A DNA stretch of 64,000 nt from Geopsychrobacteraceae bacterium. GTDB taxonomy: Bacteria; Desulfobacterota; Desulfuromonadia; Desulfuromonadales; Geopsychrobacteraceae. Under the pieces are notes generated by a model. It did not search any database. It worked only from the letters and a program-made list of their open reading frames with translations, and had not been told where the DNA came from. Position 1 is the first letter of the stretch; each line of letters starts with the position of its first letter. The position numbers were made by a program, and so were the translations under genes. Where the stretch lies: contig OY759353.1 of the NCBI GenBank assembly GCA_963662315.1, positions 2,272,001 through 2,336,000 on the forward strand, read 5' to 3'. Positions 63,001 to 64,000 of this stretch are shown piece by piece.

Positions 63001-64000
63001 ACCCCGCCAAAACTCGTGCTCCCCCCGGCACTCGGCGCATCATTGACCGGAGTAATATTGATTGACGCAGAGGATGATAGATAGGCCTCCCCATCAGTGA
63101 CTCGGAAATTGATAATTGCAGCTCCATTACGATTGGCGGCAGGCGTAAAGGTCCATTCTCCTTCACCACTTGAAACAATAGACCCATAACCGGAACTCAC
63201 ACTCTCCACAGTTAATAAGTCACCATCCCAATCCGAAATATTGGCAATCAGTTGATCTCTTGTGACGGTTATCGAGCCGTCCTCGTTCATCTCTCCAAGG
63301 GCAACTGGCCCTGAGGCTACGGGGGCGGTATTGATATCTAATGACTGAAGTAGTTCTTGAGCCGTCAAAACAGTCCCATCGGCAAAACTGAACTGATCGA
63401 TCCGTTTGGTCACATAGCTGGGAGAGAACCAGTAATTGAAAGTGAGCTGATCGCCGGTATCTCCAACCTTGATCACTAGGTTGTTGGATGATTTTTCCAA
63501 AATCAGGTCACTCTGCGTAATCCCCTCGCCAAACGCAAGAGTATCGGTCCCATCCGCATCATCTAGATAGATGGTGTCCTGACCTTCTCCCAGGTTAAAG
63601 ACAAAGGTGTCATCCCCGGCTCCACCATAGAGCGTATCGCTTCCGGTTCCTCCGATCAGGCGATCGTTTCCATCACCCCCCTGCAGGGTATCATTGCCAG
63701 CTCCGCCAAACATAACGTCAACTCCTTCATAACCGCTCAACGAGTCGTTCACGTCTGTGCCGATGCTATTGACAGGATTCTGAGCCAGCAATTCGTCAGC
63801 ACTTAAGATCGTCCCATCAGCAAAACTGAACTGATCGGTCCGTTTGGTCACATAGCTGGGAGAGAACCAGTAATTAAAAGTGAGCTGATCGCCGGTATCT
63901 CCAACCTTGATCACTAGGTTGTTGGATGATTTTTCCAAAATCAGGTCACTCTGCGTAATCCCCTCGCCAAACGCAAGAGTATCGGTTCCATCCGCATCAT
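57093..64000 (-). CDS. Giant RTX calcium-binding protein with cadherin-like domains (T1SS substrate; 5' end beyond window)
   Basis: Many GGxGxDxLx nonapeptides, hemolysin-type Ca-binding-related modules (FxFADG), NTAP/DxDGD/VNDAP cadherin-like modules; frame open to the window edge. Confidence 0.95.
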   Translation of the reverse strand, partial: DADGTDTLAFGEGITQSDLILEKSSNNLVIKVGDTGDQLTFNYWFSPSYVTKRTDQFSFADGTILSADELLAQNPVNSIGTDVNDSLSGYEGVDVMFGGAGNDTLQGGDGNDRLIGGTGSDTLYGGAGDDTFVFNLGEGQDTIYLDDADGTDTLAFGEGITQSDLILEKSSNNLVIKVGDTGDQLTFNYWFSPSYVTKRIDQFSFADGTVLTAQELLQSLDINTAPVASGPVALGEMNEDGSITVTRDQLIANISDWDGDLLTVESVSSGYGSIVSSGEGEWTFTPAANRNGAAIINFRVTDGEAYLSSSASINITPVNDAPSAGGSTSFGGVQLGNTLTITREDLLRNATDVDGDTLSVFDVQVDKGTLTDNGDGTWTYAGDSDSLGLVSVSYQITDGHESVHSTGSLFVSNGLNVVMGNDSNNYLQGTSDSDQIVGLAGNDTLYGYAGNDTLEGGAGGDTLQGGDGNDRLIGGTGSDTLYGGAGDDSFVFNLGDGQDTIYLDDASGTNSLAFGEGISSSNLTLSRIANNLVIHIGDNTDQITLNNWFHPSYAAYQLDQFTFFDGKTLSKEELFGQLPIYGTDGNDSISGDSDANHFIGGLGNDSLYGYAGNDILMGGAGNDTLQGGDGNDRLIGGTGSDTLYGGAGDDSFVFNLGDGQDTIYLDDADGTDTLAFGEGIAQSDLILEKSSNNLVIKVGDTGDQLTFNYWFSPSYVTKRIDQFSFADGTVLTAQELLQSLDINTAPVASGPVALGEMNEDGSITVTRDQLIANISDWDGDLLTVESVSSGYGSIVSSGEGEWTFTPAANRNGAAIINFRVTDGEAYLSSSASINITPVNDAPSAGGSTSFGGVQLGNTLTITREDLLRNATDVDGDTLSVFDVQVDKGTLTNNGDGTWTYAGDSDSLGLVSVSYQITDGQESVHSTGSLFVSNGLNVVMGNDSNNYLQGTSDSDQIVGLAGNDTLYGYAGNDILEGGAGDDTLQGGDGNDRLIGGTGSDTLYGGAGDDSFVFNLGDGQDTIYLDDAAGANSLAFGEGISSSNLTLSRIANNLVIHIGDNTDQITLNNWFHPSYAAYQLDQFTFFDGKTLSKEELFGQLPIYGTDGNDSISGDSDANHFIGGLGNDSLYGYAGNDILVGGEGNDTLQGGDGNDRLIGGTGSDTLYSGAGDDTFVFNLGDGQDTIYLDDADGTDTLAFGEGITQSDLTLEKSSNNLVIKVGDTGDQLTFNYWFHPSYVTKRTGQFKFSDGTILTTEEFLVRYPVNSSGTDANNSLTGYEGVDVMLGRAGNDTLYGYAGNDILDGDEGDDSLQGGDGNDRLIGGTGSDTLYGGAGDDSFVFNIGDGQDTIYLDDVDGIDSLAFGEGITQSDLIVEKSSNNLVIKVGDTGDQLTFNYWFHPSYVTKRTDQFSFADGTVLTAQELLQSLDINTAPVASGPVALGEMNEDGSITITRDQLIANISDWDGDLLTVESVSSGYGTIVSSGEGEWTFTPAANRNGAAIINFRVTDGEAYLSSSASINIVPVNDTPSSGNSTNLGGLLIGDTITITADQLLANATDVDGDTLSVFDVQVDKGILTDNGDGTWTYIGDSDSLGLVSVSYQITDGQESTSGSGSLFVSNGLNAVMGSENNDSLQGSSVPDQIVGLAGNDTLYGYAGNDVLEGGIGADTLQGGDGNDILLGGTGNDSLSGGAGDDTFVFNLGDGQDTIQLDTTEGVDTLSFGADISLEDLRLEKSGNDLLMKIGSDGDQIKLSLWFHSSYSNYRLDQFSFADGTVLSRDELLAQLPIYGTDANDSISGDASDNHYIGGLGNDTLYGNDGNDLLEGGVGTDTLQGGNGNDFVIGGVGNDNLYGGAGDDTFRFNMGDGQDVIGVDDIDGLDTLSFGEGIVISDLTLEKSGNDLLMKIGSDGDQIKLSLWFHSSYSNYRLDQFSFADGTVLSRDELLAQLPIYGTDANDSISGDASDNHYIGGLGNDTLYGNDGNDLLEGGVGTDTLQGGNGNDFVIGGVGNDNLYGGAGDDTFRFNMGDGQDVIGVDDIDGLDTLSFGEGIVISDLTLEKSGNDLLMKIGSDGDQIKLSLWFHSSYSNYRLDQFSFADGTVLSRDELLAQLPIYGTDANDSFSGDDAANHYIGGLGNDSLYGNAGNDVLEGGAGVDTLQGGDGNDQLIGGVGNDRLYGGAGDDSYLFNLGDGQDTVSDTSGTETVQFGEDVTSDSIALFKNGSTLQIGYGIDDQITLSNYSDSTTGNRIEEIILNDGNSMTAADINQIIQDMSAYATTAGISMDSLDDVRNNEELMAIVASGWQAA
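57652..58815. repeat. ~2.4 near-identical 486-bp (162-codon) tandem units in the RTX gene
   Basis: Identical text recurs at 486-nt spacing (e.g. gcatcggtaccataaatcgg at ~57661, 58147, 58633). Confidence 0.9.
60280..63700. repeat. ~2.2 near-identical 1560-bp (520-codon) tandem units in the RTX gene
   Basis: Lines at 60301, 61861 and 63421 align; shadow ORFs repeat at exact 1560-nt offsets (60648/62208, 61339/62899). Confidence 0.92.

Noticed and set aside
57512..63187. Repeated short alternative-frame ORFs within the RTX gene, and a possible CRISPR-like periodicity
   Set aside because: By-products of in-frame 486- and 1560-bp coding repeats; no short repeat/unique spacer structure and no cas genes

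Overview
A 64-kb bacterial chromosomal segment. Gene order (larB-larC-pgpA-cinA-recA-pilT-recX-alaS; hslVU-argBDF-argG-argH-dapA-dapB-dapL), an octaheme cytochrome and osmolyte genes suggest a salt-adapted Desulfuromonadales-type deltaproteobacterium (inference). Left accessory part (1-5.6 kb): right end of an IS3-family element, LysR, a ferritin-like protein with degenerate ligands, and an eroded glucarate/galactarate locus. In that locus two gudD 3' remnants are fused back-to-back, each followed by an intact garR, and a garD remnant has several deletions whose junctions fall on short repeats. Middle (5.7-25.4 kb): plsC-rnj-ftsK, an Otr-type octaheme cytochrome, an EctR/CosR-like MarR upstream of ablAB (N-epsilon-acetyl-beta-lysine synthesis), an orphan AbiEi-like regulator, a ClC antiporter abutting a RuvC-like ORF, an MCP and proVWX with a long structured leader. 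A core housekeeping block runs from 25.4 to 52 kb. Right end: a type I secretion system (TolC, HlyB-like ABC, HlyD) and the 3' part of a giant RTX/cadherin-like protein with 1560-bp and 486-bp repeats. The best leads are a candidate osmoregulatory regulon (shared TATTCGT motif at ablA and proV, plus a structured proV leader RNA), the ClC/RuvC-like/AbiEi neighbourhood, an SD-sequestering hairpin before dapA, and the symmetric aldarate-locus decay. No rRNA, tRNA or CRISPR array was recognised. All calls were made by eye; no searches were run.
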